From Heterodontus francisci (Eukaryota), in contig NC_090374.1 of the NCBI RefSeq assembly GCF_036365525.1, forward strand, positions 154,102,502 to 154,166,501: a stretch of 64,000 nt of DNA, read 5' to 3'. Position numbers and translations under genes: made by a program. This document shows, in pieces, positions 62,426 to 64,000 of this stretch. Below the pieces are notes generated by a model. It saw only the letters and a program-made list of their open reading frames with translations. It had not been told where the DNA came from and made no database searches. Position 1 is the first letter of the stretch; every line of letters starts with the position of its first letter.

Positions 62426-62669
62426 CTGTTTATTGATCAGACTATCATTACCTACACAATTGATCATTACTCCATGGGAATATCCAATGCATAGAATTGT
62501 AGAATGATGCAACACAGAAGAAGGCCATTTGGCCCATCATGCTGGTGCCAGTTCTTTGAAAGAGCTTTCCAGTTAATCCCATTCCCCTGTCTTATCCTCA
62601 AAGGCCTGCATATATTTCCCTTTCTAGCAACGGCAGGCCAGTCAGATTAACCTCAGTGGTAGGTAGGGT

Positions 62670-64000
62670 ATTAGAGATAATAATCAGGGGAAAAAAATCA
62701 ATGGGCACTTGGAGAGGTTTGAGTTAATTAAGGAGAGCCAGCATGGATTTGTAAAAGGCAGACCATGCTTGACTGACCTAACTGAATTTTTTGATGAAGT
62801 AACAGAGAAGCTTGATGAAGGGAATGCGATGGAGGTTGTAAGATTATTAGGTTACTAAAAAGTTATTAACCAGAATACTATTTGTTAAAATCTAGCTATT
62901 GTAATCTAACAACTGACTTATTACTACCATCTAACATTTAGCTTTATTAGAACCCTTCTTTACAGCATGGTAAGTAGGAAAACTTTGGAAAAGGTATAGA
63001 CAGTATAGACAATAGTCAAGTTCGAGGGATTCTGGGAGATTATGTCAAGTTTTCAAATGCTTACTTGCAGGAAAAGGGTGAGACCTTGAAGTAGACAGTG
63101 AAAACAGCTTCTGAGAGAACAAAGTATCACATAAAAGGCTGGTTAATGCAATTGAGGCTCGTGGAATAGAATGGTCAGTGTCCAATTAGATTTTAAACAT
63201 TGGCTTTAGGACAGAAAACAGTGAGTCATGGAAAATGTTTATTTTTCAAACTGGCAAATGGTAGACAATGGTGTTCTCTCAGGGTCAGTGCTGGGACCAC
63301 TGCTTTATTTGATATATATAAATGACTTGGATCTTGGAATACAGAGTAGAATTTCAAAATTTTCTGATGATACCAAACTTGAAGGAGTGGCAAACAGTGA
63401 AGATGATTTGAATTGCCTGCAACAGGACATAGATAGGCTAAGAGAATGGGCATTATAGGGCGGCACAGTGGTGCCGTGGTTAGCACCACAGCCTCACAGC
63501 TCCAGCGACCCGGGTTCAATTCTGGGTACTGCCTGTGTGGAGTTTGCAAGTTCTCCCTGTGTCTGTGTGGGTTTCCGCCGGGTGCTTCCGTTTCCTCCCA
63601 CCACCAAAAGACTTGCAGGTTGATAGGTAAATTGGCCATTGTATAAATTGTATAAATAGGTAGGTGGTAGGGGAAGATAAAGACAATGGAGGATGTGGTA
63701 GGAATATGGGATTAGTGTAGGGTTAGTATAAATGGGTGGTTGATGGTCGGCACAGACTCGGTGGGCCGAAGGGCCTGTTTCAGTGCTGTATCTCTAATAA
63801 TAATAATAATAAGTGGCAGATGGAAATTAATACAGACAAGTGTGAGATGATGCATTTTGGCAGAAGGATAGGGTGAGGCAATATAGACGTAATGGCGCAG
63901 TTCTAAAGATTGGGCAAGCACAGAAGTACCTAGGGGTGCATGTGCATCGATCTTTGACGGTGGCAGGACATATTGAGAGAGTGGTTAGCAAAACATATGG
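62670..64000 (+). mobile_element. CR1 LINE RT region with two insertions
   Basis: SQHGFVKGRPCL, GSVLGPLLYLIYINDL, SKFSDDTKL. Interrupted at ~62837-63121 and 63458-63810. Confidence 0.85.
63458..63810 (+). mobile_element. HE1-type V-SINE with (TAA)n tail
   Basis: Same head and V-domain as the other copies. Confidence 0.92.

Noticed and set aside
1-64000. Prokaryotic systems (CRISPR arrays, operons, defence islands)
   Set aside because: No regularly spaced repeats or gene-dense coding. The content is vertebrate transposon sequence.

Overview
This is not prokaryotic DNA. It is repeat-dense vertebrate DNA, most likely from a cartilaginous fish (shark), judging by HE1-type V-SINEs, Deu-domain SacSINE1-like SINEs, and CR1/L2/RTE/Tx1 LINEs. 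I recognise no intact host protein-coding gene, so the window looks intergenic or deep-intronic. All interpretable ORFs are decayed transposon proteins: PIF/Harbinger DDE nucleases with spliced Myb/SANT partner genes, LINE endonuclease/RT, and a SCAN-containing Gypsy gag. The most unusual observations are six. (1) An RTE LINE is flanked by a 274-bp near-perfect target duplication. (2) A Tx1-clade LINE sits inside the terminal inverted repeat of a Harbinger MITE. (3) ~200-bp palindromic elements carry minimal hammerhead-ribozyme cores and 14-bp TSDs. (4) An apparently ORF1-less CR1-group LINE starts with a tRNA-like Pol III head, and SINEs made of its 5' and 3' ends occur nearby. (5) One Harbinger element has an apparent 2.7-kb internal inversion splitting its Myb gene. 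(6) Two RTE copies are 5'-truncated within 7 nt of each other. Family assignments come from motif recognition by eye, with no database search.
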